The notes under the pieces were generated by a model that was not told where the DNA came from, ran no database searches, and worked only from the letters and a program-made list of their open reading frames with translations. This document shows positions 23,101 through 38,600 of a DNA stretch of 64,000 nucleotides, piece by piece. This DNA comes from Gordius albopunctatus (taxonomy: Eukaryota). The position numbers and the translations under genes were made by a program. The stretch lies in NCBI GenBank assembly GCA_964276515.1, contig OZ193910.1:8308001-8372000 (forward strand), in the 5' to 3' direction. Position 1 is the stretch's first letter, and every line of letters begins with the position of its first letter.

Positions 23101-26100
23101 TGTTATTTTCAGACGTTATTTCCATGATAAAAAGTTAAAATTTATCAGAATTAGAGAACCATTACTTTTAAATCATCATCGCATAGAGCATGTTTCAAAA
23201 ATTAAGCACTAACGTTGCGATACAACTAACTAATCGCAACAATATAACGTTGTCTTTTCTCAAAATGATTGTTCTCGCAGCTTAAAACTTCTTATAAGGA
23301 GTCGATCGAGATTAATAGGATTCTCAAATCAGCTTACTTTTATATATTTTTTCAAGCTCTTTTACATAAAATAACAAAAAATATATTGTTCAGGTTAAAA
23401 TAATTCACAATTTTTTCCTTTCGGCCATATTCAACCGATGAAAGTTGTTATTTTCAGACGTGATTTCCATGATAAAAAGTCAAAATTTATCAGAATTAGA
23501 GAACTGTTACTTTTAAATCATCATCGCATAGAGCATGTTTCAAAAATTAAGCACTAACGTTGCGATACAACAAACTAATCGCAACAAAATAACGTTGTCT
23601 TTTCTCAAAATGATTGTTCTCGCAGCTTAAAACTTCTTTCTTAAGTCAATCGAGCATAAAAGGTTTCTCAAATTGGCTTACTTTAATATATTTTTTCAAG
23701 CTCCTTTACATAAAATAACAAAAAATATATTTTTTCAGGATAAAATAATTCACAATTTTTTCCTTTCAACCATATTCAACTGATGAAAGTTGTTATTTTC
23801 AGACGTGATTTCCATGATAAAAAGTCAAAATTTATCAGAATTAGAGAACTATTACTTTTAAATCATCATCGCATAGAGCATGTTTCAAAAATTAAGCACT
23901 AACGTTGCGATACAACTAATCGCAACAATATAACGTTGTCTTTTCTCAAAATGATTGTTCTCGCAGCTTAAAACTTCTTATAAGGAGTCGATCGAGATTA
24001 ATAGGATTCTCAAATGAGCTTACTTTTATATATTTTTTCAAGCTCTTTTACATAAAATAACAAAAAATATATTGTTCAGGTTAAAATAATTCACAATTTT
24101 TTCCTTTCAACCATATTCAACCGATGAAAGTTGTTATTTTCAGACGTGATTTCCATGATAAAAAGTCAAAATTTATCAGAATTAGAGAACTGTTACTTTT
24201 AAATCATCATCGCATAGAGCATGTTTCAAAAATTAAGCACTAACGTTGCGATACAACAAACTAATCGCAACAAAATAACGTTGTCTTTTCTCAAAATGAT
24301 TGTTCTCGCAGCTTAAAACTTCTTTCTTAAGTCAATCGAGCATAAAAGGTTTCTCAAATTGGCTTACTTTAATATATTTTTTCAAGCTCCTTTACATAAA
24401 ATAACAAAAAATATATTTTTTCAGGATAAAATAATTCACAATTTTTTCCTTTCAACCATATTCAACTGATGAAAGTTGTTATTTTCAGACGTGATTTCCA
24501 TGATAAAAAGTCAAAATTTATCAGAATTAGAGAACTATTACTTTTAAATCATCATCGCATAGAGCATGTTTCAAAAATTAAGCACTAACGTTGCGATACA
24601 ACTAATCGCAACAATATAACGTTGTCTTTTCTCAAAATGATTGTTCTCGCAGCTTAAAACTTCTTATAAGGAGTCGATCGAGATTAATAGGATTCTCAAA
24701 TGAGCTTACTTTTATATATTTTTTCAAGCTCTTTTACATAAAATAACAAAAAATATATTTTTCAGGTTTAAATAATTCACAATTTTTTCCTTTCAACCAT
24801 ATTCAACCGATGAAAGTTGTTATTTTCAGACGTGATTTCCATGATAAAAAGTTAAAATTTATCAGAATTAGAGAACTATTACTTTTAAATCATCATCGCA
24901 TAGAGCATGTTTCAAAAATTAAGCACTAACGTTGCGATACAACTAACTAATCGCAACAATATAACGTTGTCTTTTCTCAAAATGATTGTTCTCGCAGCTT
25001 AAAACTTCTTATAAGGAGTCGATCGAGATTAATAGGATTCTCAAATCAGCTTACTTTTATATATTTTTTCAAGCTCTTTTACATAAAATAACAAAAAATA
25101 TATTGTTCAGGTTAAAATAATTCACAATTTTTTCCTTTCGGCCATATTCAACCGATGAAAGTTGTTATTTTCAGACGTGATTTCCATGATAAAAAGTTAA
25201 AATTTATCAGAATTAGAGAACCATTACTTTTAAATCATCATCGCATAGAGCATGTTTCAAAAATTAACCACTAACGTTGCGATACAACTAACTAATCGCA
25301 ACAAAATAACGTTGTCTTTTCTCAAAATGATTGTTCTCGCAGCTTAAAACTTCTTTCTTAAGTCAATCGAGCATAAAAGGTTTCTCAAATTGGCTTACTT
25401 TTATATATTTTTTCAAGCTCTTTTACATAAAATAACAAAAAATATATTGTTCAGGTTAAAATAATTCACAATTTTTTCCTTTCAACCATATTCAACCGAT
25501 GAAAGTTGTTATTTTCAGACGTGATTTCCATGATAAAAAGTTAAAATTTATCAGAATTAGAGAACCATTACTTTTAAATCATCATCGCATAGAGCATGTT
25601 TCAAAAATTAAGCACTAACGTTGCGATACAACTAACTAATCGCAACAATATAACGTTGTATTTTCTCAAAATGATTGTTCTCGCAGCTTAAAACTTCTTT
25701 CTGAAGTCAATCGAGGATAAAAGGTTTCTCAAATCAGCTTACTTTTATATATTTTTTCAAGCTCTTTTACATAAAATAACAAAAAATATATTTTTCAGGT
25801 TTAAATAATTCACAATTTTTTCCTTTCAACCATATTCAACCGATGAAAGTTGTTATTTTCAGACGTGATTTCCATGATAAAAAGTTAAAATTTATCAGAA
25901 TTAGAGAACTATTACTTTTAAATCATCATCGCATAGAGCATGTTTCAAAAATTAAGCACTAACGTTGCGATACAACTAACTAATCGCAACAATATAACGT
26001 TGTCTTTTCTCAAAATGATTGTTCTCGCAACTTAAAACTTCTTATAAGGAGTCGATCGAGATTAATAGGATTCTCAAATCAGCTTACTTTTATATATTTT

Positions 26101-29100
26101 TTCAAGCTCTTTTACATAAAATAACAAAAAATATATTGTTCAGGTTAAAATAATTCACAATTTTTTCCTTTCGGCCATATTCAACCGATGAAAGTTGTTA
26201 TTTTCAGACGTGATTTCCATGATAAAAAGTTAAAATTTATCAGAATTAGAGAACCATTACTTTTAAATCATCATCGCATAGAGCATGTTTCAAAAATTAA
26301 GCACTAACGTTGCGATACAACTAACTAATCGCAACAAAATAACGTTGTCTTTTCTCAAAATGATTGTTCTCGCAGCTTAAAACTTCTTTCTTAAGTCAAT
26401 CGAGCATAAAAGGTTTCTCAAATTGGCTTACTTTAATATATTTTTTCAAGCTCTTTTACATAAAATAACAAAAAATATATTTTTTCAGGATAAAATAATT
26501 CACAATTTTTTCCTTTCAACCATATTCAACCGATGAAAGTTGTTATTTTCAGACGTGATTTCCATGATAAAAAGTTAAAATTTATCAGAATTAGAGAACT
26601 ATTACTTTTAAATCATCATCGCATAGAGCATGTTTCAAAAATTAAGCACTAACGTTGCGATACAACTAACTAATCGCAACAATATAACGTTGTCTTTTCT
26701 CAAAATGATTGTTCTCGCAACTTAAAACTTCTTATAAGGAGTCGATCGAGATTAATAGGATTCTCAAATCAGCTTACTTTTATATATTTTTTCAAGCTCT
26801 TTTACATAAAATAACAAAAAATATATTGTTCAGGTTAAAATAATTCACAATTTTTTCCTTTCGGCCATATTCAACCGATGAAAGTTGTTATTTTCAGACG
26901 TGATTTCCATGATAAAAAGTTAAAATTTATCAGAATTAGAGAACCATTACTTTTAAATCATCATCGCATAGAGCATGTTTCAAAAATTAAGCACTAACGT
27001 TGCGATACAACTAACTAATCGCAACAAAATAACGTTGTCTTTTCTCAAAATGATTGTTCTCGCAGCTTAAAACTTCTTTCTTAAGTCAATCGAGCATAAA
27101 AGGTTTCTCAAATTGGCTTACTTTAATATATTTTTTCAAGCTCTTTTACATAAAATAACAAAAAATATATTTTTTCAGGATAAAATAATTCACAATTTTT
27201 TCCTTTCAACCATATTCAACTGATGAAAGTTGTTATTTTCAGACGTGATTTCCATGATAAAAAGTTAAAATTTATCAGAATTAGAGAACCATTACTTTTA
27301 AATCATCATCGCATAGAGCATGTTTCAAAAATTAAGCACTAACGTTGCGATACAACGAACTAATCGCAACAATATAACGTTGTCTTTTCTCAAAATGATT
27401 GTTCTCGCAGCTTAAAACTTCTTATAAGGAGTCGATCGAGATTAATAGGATTCTCAAATAAGCTTACTTTTATATATTTTTTCAAGCTCTTTTACATAAA
27501 ATAACAAAAAATATATTGTTCAGGTTAAAATAATTCACAATTTTTTCCTTTCGGCCATATTCAACCGATGAAAGTTGTTATTTTCAGACGTGATTTCCAT
27601 GATAAAAAGTTAAAATTTATCAGAATTAGAGAACCATTACTTTTAAATCATCATCGCATAGAGCATGTTTCAAAAATTAAGCACTAACGTTGCGATACAA
27701 CTAACTAATCGCAACAAAATAACGTTGTCTTTTCTCAAAATGATTGTTCTCGCAGCTTAAAACTTCTTTCTTAAGTCAATCGAGCATAAAAGGTTTCTCA
27801 AATTGGCTTACTTTAATATATTTTTTCAAGCTCTTTTACATAAAATAACAAAAAATATATTTTTTCAGGATAAAATAATTCACAATTTTTTCCTTTCAAC
27901 CATATTCAACTGATGAAAGTTGTTATTTTCAGACGTGATTTCCATGATAAAAAGTTAAAATTTATCAGAATTAGAGAACCATTACTTTTAAATCATCATC
28001 GCATAGAGCATGTTTCAAAAATTAAGCACTAACGTTGCGATACAACGAACTAATCGCAACAATATAACGTTGTCTTTTCTCAAAATGATTGTTCTCGCAG
28101 CTTAAAACTTCTTATAAGGAGTCGATCGAGATTAATAGGATTCTCAAATAAGCTTACTTTTATATATTTTTTCAAGCTCTTTTACATAAAATAACAAAAA
28201 ATATATTTTTCAGGTTAAAATAATTCACAATTTTTTCCTTTCAACCATATTCAACCGATGAAAGTTGTTATTTTCAGACGTGATTTCCATGATAAAAAGT
28301 TAAAATTTATCAGAATTAGAGAACCATTACTTTTAAATCATCATCGCATAGAGCATGTTTCAAAAATTAAGCACTAACGTTGCGATACAACTAACTAATC
28401 GCAACAATATAACGTTGTCTTTTCTCAAAAGGATTGTTCTCGCAGCTTAAAACTTCTTATAAGGAGTCGATCGAGATTAATAGGATTCTCAAATCAGCTT
28501 ACTTTTATATATTTTTTCAAGCTCTTTTACATAAAATAACAAAAAATATATTGTTCAGGTTAAAATAATTCACAATTTTTTCCTTTCGGCCATATTCAAC
28601 CGATGAAAGTTGTTATTTTCAGACGTGATTTCCATGATAAAAAGTCAAAATTTATCAGAATTAGAGAACTGTTACTTTTAAATCATCATCGCATAGAGCA
28701 TGTTTCAAAAATTAAGCACTAACGTTGCGATACAACGAACTAATCGCAACAATATAACGTTGTCTTTTCTCAAAATGATTGTTCTCGCAGCTTAAAACTT
28801 CTTATAAGGAGTCGATCGAGATTAATAGGATTCTCAAATAAGCTTACTTTTATATATTTTTTCAAGCTCTTTTACATAAAATAACAAAAAATATATTTTT
28901 CAGGTTAAAATAATTCACAATTTTTTCCTTTCAACCATATTCAACCGATGAAAGTTGTTATTTTCAGACGTGATTTCCATGATAAAAAGTTAAAATTTAT
29001 CAGAATTAGAGAACCATTACTTTTAAATCATCATCGCATAGAGCATGTTTCAAAAATTAAGCACTAACGTTGCGATACAACTAACTAATCGCAACAATAT

Positions 29101-32100
29101 AACGTTGTCTTTTCTCAAAATGATTGTTCTCGCAGCTTAAAACTTCTTATAAGGAGTCGATCGAGATTAATAGGATTCTCAAATCAGCTTACTTTTATAT
29201 ATTTTTTCAAGCTCTTTTACATAAAATAACAAAAAATATATTGTTCAGGTTAAAATAATTCACAATTTTTTCCTTTCGGCCATATTCAACCGATGAAAGT
29301 TGTTATTTTCAGACGTGATTTCCATGATAAAAAGTCAAAATTTATCAGAATTAGAGAACTGTTACTTTTAAATCATCATCGCATAGAGCATGTTTCAAAA
29401 ATTAAGCACTAACGTTGCGATACAACTAACTAATCGCAACAATATAACGTTGTCTTTTCTCAAAATGATTGTTCTCGCAGCTTAAAACTTCTTTCTAAAG
29501 TCAATCGAGCATAAAAGGTTTCTCAAATCAGCTTACTTTTATATATTTTTTCAAGCTCTTTTACATAAAATAACAAAAAATATATTTTTCAGGTTAAAAT
29601 AATTCACAATTTTTTCCTTTCAACCATATTCAACCGATGAAAGTTGTTATTTTCAGACGTTATTTCCATGATAAAAAGTTAAAATTTATCAGAATTAGAG
29701 AACCATTACTTTTAAATCATCATCGCATAGAGCATGTTTCAAAAATTAAGCACTAACGTTGCGATACAACTAACTAATCGCAACAATATAACGTTGTCTT
29801 TTCTCAAAATGATTGTTCTCGCAGCTTAAAACTTCTTATAAGGAGTCGATCGAGATTAATAGGATTCTCAAATCAGCTTACTTTTATATATTTTTTCAAG
29901 CTCTTTTACATAAAATAACAAAAAATATATTGTTCAGGTTAAAATAATTCACAATTTTTTCCTTTCGGCCATATTCAACCGATGAAAGTTGTTATTTTCA
30001 GACGTGATTTCCATGATAAAAAGTCAAAATTTATCAGAATTAGAGAACTGTTACTTTTAAATCATCATCGCATAGAGCATGTTTCAAAAATTAAGCACTA
30101 ACGTTGCGATACAACAAACTAATCGCAACAAAATAACGTTGTCTTTTCTCAAAATGATTGTTCTCGCAGCTTAAAACTTCTTTCTTAAGTCAATCGAGCA
30201 TAAAAGGATTCTCAAATTGGCTTACTTTAATATATTTTTTCAAGCTCCTTTACATAAAATAACAAAAAATATATTTTTTCAGGATAAAATAATTCACAAT
30301 TTTTTCCTTTCAACCATATTCAACTGATGAAAGTTGTTATTTTCAGACGTGATTTCCATGATAAAAAGTCAAAATTTATCAGAATTAGAGAACTATTACT
30401 TTTAAATCATCATCGCATAGAGCATGTTTCAAAAATTAAGCACTAACGTTGCGATACAACTAATCGCAACAATATAACGTTGTCTTTTCTCAAAATGATT
30501 GTTCTCGCAGCTTAAAACTTCTTATAAGGAGTCGATCGAGATTAATAGGATTCTCAAATGAGCTTACTTTTATATATTTTTTCAAGCTCTTTTACATAAA
30601 ATAACAAAAAATATATTGTTCATGTTAAAATAATTCACAATTTTTTCCTTTCAACCATATTCAACCGATGAAAGTTGTTATTTTCAGACGTGATTTCCAT
30701 GATAAAAAGTTAAAATTTATCAGAATTAGAGAACCATTACTTTTAAATCATCATCGCATAGAGCATGTTTCAAAAATTAAGCACTAACGTTGCGATACAA
30801 CTAACTAATCGCAACAATATAACGTTGTCTTTTCTAAAAATGATTGTTCTCGCAGCTTAAAACTTCTTATAAGGAGTCGATCGAGATTAATAGGATTTTC
30901 AAATCAGCTTACTTTTATATATTTTTTCAAGCTCTTTTACATAAAATAACAAAAAATATATTTTTCAGGTTAAAATAATTCACAATTTTTTCCTTTCAAC
31001 CATATTCAACCGATGAAAGTTGTTATTTTCAGACGTGATTTCCATGATAAAAAGTCAAAATTTATCAGAATTAGAGAACTATTACTTTTAAATCATCATC
31101 GCATAGAGCATGTTTCAAAAATTAAGCACTAACGTTGCGATACAACTAATCGCAACAATATAACGTTGTCTTTTCTCAAAATGATTGTTCTCGCAGCTTA
31201 AAACTTCTTATAAGGAGTCGATCGAGATTAATAGGATTCTCAAATCAGCTTACTTTTATATATTTTTTCAAGCTCTTTTACATAAAATAACAAAAAATAT
31301 ATTGTTCAGGTTAAAATAATTCACAATTTTTTCCTTTCAACCATATTCAACCGATGAAAGTTGTTATTTTCAGACGTGATTTCCATGATAAAAAGTTAAA
31401 ATTTATCAGAATTAGAGAACCATTACTTTTAAATCATCATCGCATAGAGCATGTTTCAAAAATTAAGCACTAACGTTGCGATACAACTAACTAATCGCAA
31501 CAATATAACGTTGTATTTTCTCAAAATGATTGTTCTCGCAGCTTAAAACTTCTTATAAGGAGTCGATCGAGATTAATAGGATTCTCAAATCAGCTTACTT
31601 TTATATATTTTTTCAAGCTCTTTTACATAAAATAACAAAAAATATATTTTTCAGGTTAAAATAATTCACAATTTTTTCCTTTCAACCATATTCAACCGAT
31701 GAAAGTTGTTATTTTCAGACGTGATTTCCATGATAAAAAGTTAAAATTTATCAGAATTAGAGAACCATTACTTTTAAATCATCATCGCATAGAGCATGTT
31801 TCAAAAATAAAGCACTAACGTTGCGATACAACTAACTAATCGCAACAATATAACGTTGTATTTTCTCAAAATGATTGTTCTCGCAGCTTAAAACTTCTTT
31901 CTGAAGTCAATCGAGGATAAAAGGTTTCTCAAATTGGCTTACTTTAATATATTTTTTCAAGCTCTTTTACATAAAATAACAAAAAATATATTTTTTCAGG
32001 ATAAAATAATTCACAATTTTTTCCTTTCAACCATATTCAACCGATGAAAGTTGTTATTTTCAGACGTGATTTCCATGATAAAAAGTTAAAATTTATCAGA

Positions 32101-35100
32101 ATTAGAGAACTATTACTTTTAAATCATCATCGCATAGAGCATGTTTCAAAAATTAAGCACTCACGTTCCGATACAACAAACTAATCGCAACAAGATAACG
32201 TTGTCTTTTCGCAAAATGATAGTTCTCGCAGCTTGAAACATCTTATAAGGAGTCGATCGAGATTAATAGGATTCTCAAATCAGCTTACTTTTATATATTT
32301 TTTCAAGCTCTTTTACATAAAATAACAAAAAATATATTTTTCAGGTTAAAATAATTCACAATTTTTTCCTTTCAACCATATTCAACCGATGAAAGTTGTT
32401 ATTTTCAGACGTGATTTCCATGATAAAAAGTTAAAATTTATCAGAATTAGAGAACTGTTACTTTTAAATCATCATCGCATAGAGCATGTTTCAAAAATTA
32501 AGCACTAACGTTGCGATACAACTAACTAATCGCAACAATATAACGTTGTATTTTCTCAAAATGATTGTTCTCGCAGCTTAAAACTTCTTTCTGAAGTCAA
32601 TCGAGGATAAAAGGTTTCTCAAATTGGCTTACTTTAATATATTTTTTCAAGCTCTTTTACATAAAATAACAAAAAATATATTTTTTCAGGATAAAATAAT
32701 TCACAATTTTTTCCTTTCAACCATATTCAACCGATGAAAGTTGTTATTTTCAGACGTGATTTCCATGATAAAAAGTCAAAATTTATCAGAATTAGAGAAC
32801 TATTACTTTTAAATCATCATCGCATAGAGCATGTTTCAAAAATTAAGCACTAGCGTTGCGATACAACTAATCGCAACAATATAACGTTGTCTTTTCTCAA
32901 AATGATTGTTCTCGCAGCTTAAAACTTCTTATAAGGAGTCGATCGAGATTAATAGGATTCTCAAATGAGCTTACTTTTATATATTTTTTCAAGCTCTTTT
33001 ACATAAAATAACAAAAAATATATTGTTCATGTTAAAATAATTCACAATTTTTTCCTTTCAACCATATTCAACCGATGAAAGTTGTTATTTTCAGACGTGA
33101 TTTCCATGATAAAAAGTTAAAATTTATCAGAATTAGAGAACTATTACTTTTAAATCATCATCGCATAGAGCATGTTTCAAAAATTAAGCACTCACGTTCC
33201 GATACAACAAACTAATCGCAACAAGATAACGTTGTCTTTTCGCAAAATGATAGTTCTCGCAGCTTGAAACATCTTATAAGGAGTCGATCGAGATTAATAG
33301 GATTCTCAAATCAGCTTACTTTTATATATTTTTTCAAGCTCTTTTACATAAAATAACAAAAAATATATTTTTCAGGTTAAAATAATTCACAATTTTTTCC
33401 TTTCAACCATATTCAACCGATGAAAGTTGTTATTTTCAGACGTGATTTCCATGATAAAAAGTTAAAATTTATCAGAATTAGATAACTGTTACTTTTAAAT
33501 CATCATCGCATAGAGCATGTTTCAAAAATTAAGCACTAACGTTGCGATACAACGAATCGCAACAATATAACGTTGTCTTTTCTCAAAATGATTGTTCTCG
33601 CAGCTTAAAACTTCTTATAAGGAGTCGATCGAGATTAATAGGATTCTCAAATGAGCTTACTTTTATATATTTTTTCAAGCTCTTTTACATAAAATAACAA
33701 AATATATAGTTTTTCAGGTTAAAATAATTCACAATTTTTTCCTTTCGGCCATATTCAACCGATGAAAGTTGTTATTTTCAGACGTGATTTCCATGATAAA
33801 AAGTTAAAATTTATCAGAATTAGAGAACCATTACTTTTAAATCATCATCGCATAGAGCATGTTTCAAAAATTAAGCACTAACGTTGCGATACAACTAACT
33901 AATCGCAACAATATAACGTTGTATTTTCTCAAAATGATTGTTCTCGCAGCTTAAAACTTCTTATAAGGAGTCGATCGAGATTAATAGGATTCTCAAATGA
34001 TCTTACTTTTATATATTTTTTCAAGCTCTTTTACATAAAATAACAAAAAATATATTTTTTCAGGTTATAATAATTCACAATTTTTTCCTTTCAACCATAT
34101 TCAACCGATGAAAGTTGTTATTTTCAGACGTGATTTCCATGATAAAAAGTTAAAATTTATCAGAATTAGAGAACTATTACTTTTAAATCATCATCGCATA
34201 GAGCATGTTTCAAAAATTAAGCACTAACGTTGCGATACAACTAACTAATCGCAACAATATAACGTTGTCTTTTCTCAAAATGATAGTTCTCGCAGCTTGA
34301 AACTTCTTATATGGAGTTGATCGAGAATAATAGGATTCTCAAATGAGCTTACTTTTTTATATTTTTTCAAGCTCTTTTACATAAAATAACAAAAAATATA
34401 TTTTTTCAGGTTAAAATAATTCACAATTTTTTCCTTTCAACCATATTCATCCGATGAAAGTTTTTATTTTCAGACGTGATTTCCATGATAAAAAGTCAAA
34501 ATTTATCAGAATTAGAAAACTATTACTTTTAAATCATCATCGCATAGAGCATTTTTCAAAAATTAAGCACTCACGTTGCGATACAACAAACTAATCGCAA
34601 CAATATAACGTTGTCTTTTCTCAAAATGATAGTTCTCGCAGCTTGAAACTTCTTATATGGAGTCGATCGAGAATAATAGGATTCTCAAATGAGCTTACTT
34701 TTATATATTTTTTCAAGCTCTTTTACATAAAATAACAAAAATTATATTTTTTTAGCTCCGAATAATTCACAATTTTTTCCTTTCAAATCATATTCATCCG
34801 ATGAAAGTTGTTATTTTCAGACGTGATTTCCATGATAAAAAGTTAAAATTTATCAGAATTAGAGAACTATTACTGTGAAATCATCATCGCATAGAGAATG
34901 TTTCAAAAATATAAACATTCACGTTGCGATACAACAAACTAATCGCAACAAAATAACGTTGTCTTTTCTCAAAATGATAGTTCTCGCCGCTTGAAACTTC
35001 TTATATGGAGTCGATCGAGAATAATAGGATTCTCAAATGAGCTTCTTTTAAATATTTTTTCAAGCTCTTTTACATAAAATAACAAAAATTATATTTTTGT

Positions 35101-35627
35101 AGCTCCGAATAATTCACAATTTTTTCCTTTCAAACATATTCATCCGATGAAAGTTGTTATTTTCAGACGTGATTTCCATGATAAAAAGTTAAAATTTATC
35201 AGAATTAGAGAACTATTACTTTGAAATAATCATCGCATAGAGAATGTTTTAAAAATTAAGCACTCACGTTGCGATACAACAAACTAATCGCAACAATATA
35301 ACGTTGTCTTTTCTCAAAATGATAGTTCTCGCAGCTTGAAACTTCTAATATGGAGTCGATCGAGAAAAATAGGATTCTCAAATGAGCTTACTTTTTTATA
35401 TTTTTTCAAGCTCTTTTACATAAAATAACAAAAAATATATTTTTTCAGGTCAAAATAATTCACAATTTTTTCCTTTCAACCATATTCAACCGATGAAAGT
35501 TTTTATTTTCTGACGAGATTTCCATGATAAAAAGTCAAAATTTATCAGAATTAGAAAACTATTACTTTTAAATCATCATCGCATAGAGCATTTTTCAAAG
35601 ATTAAGCACTCACGTTGCGATACAACA
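20137..35627 (+). repeat. 15,491-bp (45-monomer) tandem duplication, copy 1
   Basis: Rare variants recur at an exact +15,491 offset: 28431/43922, 30836/46327, 31809/47300, 32853/48344, 33481/48972, 34741/50232. The last upstream mismatch is at 20136/35627. Confidence 0.93.
33480..35627 (+). repeat. Island of ~6 diverged satellite monomers, copy 1
   Basis: Dense private variants: TATATGGAG, TAGCTCCGAATAAT, TTCATCCG, ACTGTGAAA, ATAAACATTCAC, CGCCGCTTG, CTGACGAG. Confidence 0.9.
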
Positions 35628-38600
35628 AACTAATCGCAACAATATAACGTTGTATTTTCTCAAAATGATTGTTCTCGCAGCTTAAAACTTCTTTCTGAAG
35701 TCAATCGAGGATAAAAGGTTTCTCAAATCAGCTTACTTTTATATATTTTTTCAAGCTCTTTTACATAAAATAACAAAAAATATATTTTTCAGGTTAAAAT
35801 AATTCACAATTTTTTCCTTTCAACCATATTCAACCGATGAAAGTTGTTATTTTCAGACGTTATTTCCATGATAAAAAGTTAAAATTTATCAGAATTAGAG
35901 AACCATTACTTTTAAATCATCATCGCATAGAGCATGTTTCAAAAATTAAGCACTAACGTTGCGATACAACTAACTAATCGCAACAATATAACGTTGTCTT
36001 TTCTCAAAATGATTGTTCTCGCAGCTTAAAACTTCTTATAAGGAGTCGATCGAGATTAATAGGATTCTCAAATCAGCTTACTTTTATATATTTTTTCAAG
36101 CTCTTTTACATAAAATAACAAAAAATATATTGTTCAGGTTAAAATAATTCACAATTTTTTCCTTTCGGCCATATTCAACCGATGAAAGTTGTTATTTTCA
36201 GACGTGATTTCCATGATAAAAAGTCAAAATTTATCAGAATTAGAGAACTGTTACTTTTAAATCATCATCGCATAGAGCATGTTTCAAAAATTAAGCACTA
36301 ACGTTGCGATACAACAAACTAATCGCAACAAAATAACGTTGTCTTTTCTCAAAATGATTGTTCTCGCAGCTTAAAACTTCTTTCTTAAGTCAATCGAGCA
36401 TAAAAGGATTCTCAAATTGGCTTACTTTAATATATTTTTTCAAGCTCCTTTACATAAAATAACAAAAAATATATTTTTTCAGGATAAAATAATTCACAAT
36501 TTTTTCCTTTCAACCATATTCAACTGATGAAAGTTGTTATTTTCAGACGTGATTTCCATGATAAAAAGTCAAAATTTATCAGAATTAGAGAACTATTACT
36601 TTTAAATCATCATCGCATAGAGCATGTTTCAAAAATTAAGCACTAACGTTGCGATACAACTAATCGCAACAATATAACGTTGTCTTTTCTCAAAATGATT
36701 GTTCTCGCAGCTTAAAACTTCTTATAAGGAGTCGATCGAGATTAATAGGATTCTCAAATGAGCTTACTTTTATATATTTTTTCAAGCTCTTTTACATAAA
36801 ATAACAAAAAATATATTGTTCATGTTAAAATAATTCACAATTTTTTCCTTTCAACCATATTCAACCGATGAAAGTTGTTATTTTCAGACGTGATTTCCAT
36901 GATAAAAAGTTAAAATTTATCAGAATTAGAGAACTGTTACTTTTAAATCATCATCGCATAGAGCATGTTTCAAAAATTAAGCACTAACGTTGCGATACAA
37001 CTAACTAATCGCAACAATATAACGTTGTCTTTTCTCAAAATGATTGTTCTCGCAGCTTAAAACTTCTTATAAGGAGTCGATCGAGATTAATAGGATTCTC
37101 AAATCAGCTTACTTTTATATATTTTATCAAGCTCTTTTACATAAAATAACAAAAAATATATTTTTTAGGTTAAAATAACTCAATTTTTTCCTTTCAACCA
37201 TATTCAACCGATAAAAGTTGTTATTTTCAGACGTGATTTCCATGATAAAAAGTTAAAATTTATCAGAATTAGAGAACCATTACTTTTAAATCATCATCGC
37301 ATAGAGCATGTTTCAAAAATTAAGCACTAACGTTGCGATACAACAAACTAATCGCAACAAAATAACGTTGTCTTTTCTCAAAATGATTGTTCTCGCAGCT
37401 TAAAACTTCTTTCTTAAGTCAATCGAGCATAAAAGGATTCTCAAATTGGCTTACTTTAATATATTTTTTCAAGCTCCTTTACATAAAATAACAAAAAATA
37501 TATTTTTTCAGGATAAAATAATTCACAATTTTTTCCTTTCAACCATATTCAACTGATGAAAGTTGTTATTTTCAGACGTGATTTCCATGATAAAAAGTCA
37601 AAATTTATCAGAATTAGAGAACTATTACTTTTAAATCATCATCGCATAGAGCATGTTTCAAAAATTAAGCACTAACGTTGCGATACAACTAATCGCAACA
37701 ATATAACGTTGTCTTTTCTCAAAATGATTGTTCTCGCAGCTTAAAACTTCTTATAAGGAGTCGATCGAGATTAATAGGATTCTCAAATGAGCTTACTTTT
37801 ATATATTTTTTCAAGCTCTTTTACATAAAATAACAAAAAATATATTGTTCATGTTAAAATAATTCACAATTTTTTCCTTTCAACCATATTCAACCGATGA
37901 AAGTTGTTATTTTCAGACGTGATTTCCATGATAAAAAGTTAAAATTTATCAGAATTAGAGAACTATTACTTTTAAATCATCATCGCATAGAGCATGTTTC
38001 AAAAATTAAGCACTCACGTTGCGATACAACAAACTAATCGCAACAAGATAACGTTGTCTTTTCGCAAAATGATAGTTCTCGCAGCTTGAAACATCTTATA
38101 AGGAGTCGATCGAGAATAATAGGATTCTCAAATTAGCTTACTTTTATATATTTTATCAAGCTCTTTTACATAAAATAACAAAAAATATATTTTTTAGGTT
38201 AAAATAACTCAATTTTTTCCTTTCAACCATATTCAACCGATAAAAGTTGTTATTTTCAGACGTGATTTCCATGATAAAAAGTTAAAATTTATCAGAATTA
38301 GAGAACCATTACTTTTAAATCATCATCGCATAGAGCATGTTTCAAAAATTAAGCACTAACGTTGCGATACAACTAACTAATCGCAACAATATAACGTTGT
38401 ATTTTCTCAAAATGATTGTTCTCGCAGCTTAAAACTTCTTTCTGAAGTCAATCGAGGATAAAAGGTTTCTCAAATCAGCTTACTTTTATATATTTTTTCA
38501 AGCTCTTTTACATAAAATAACAAAAAATATATTTTTCAGGTTAAAATAATTCACAATTTTTTCCTTTCAACCATATTCAACCGATGAAAGTTGTTATTTT

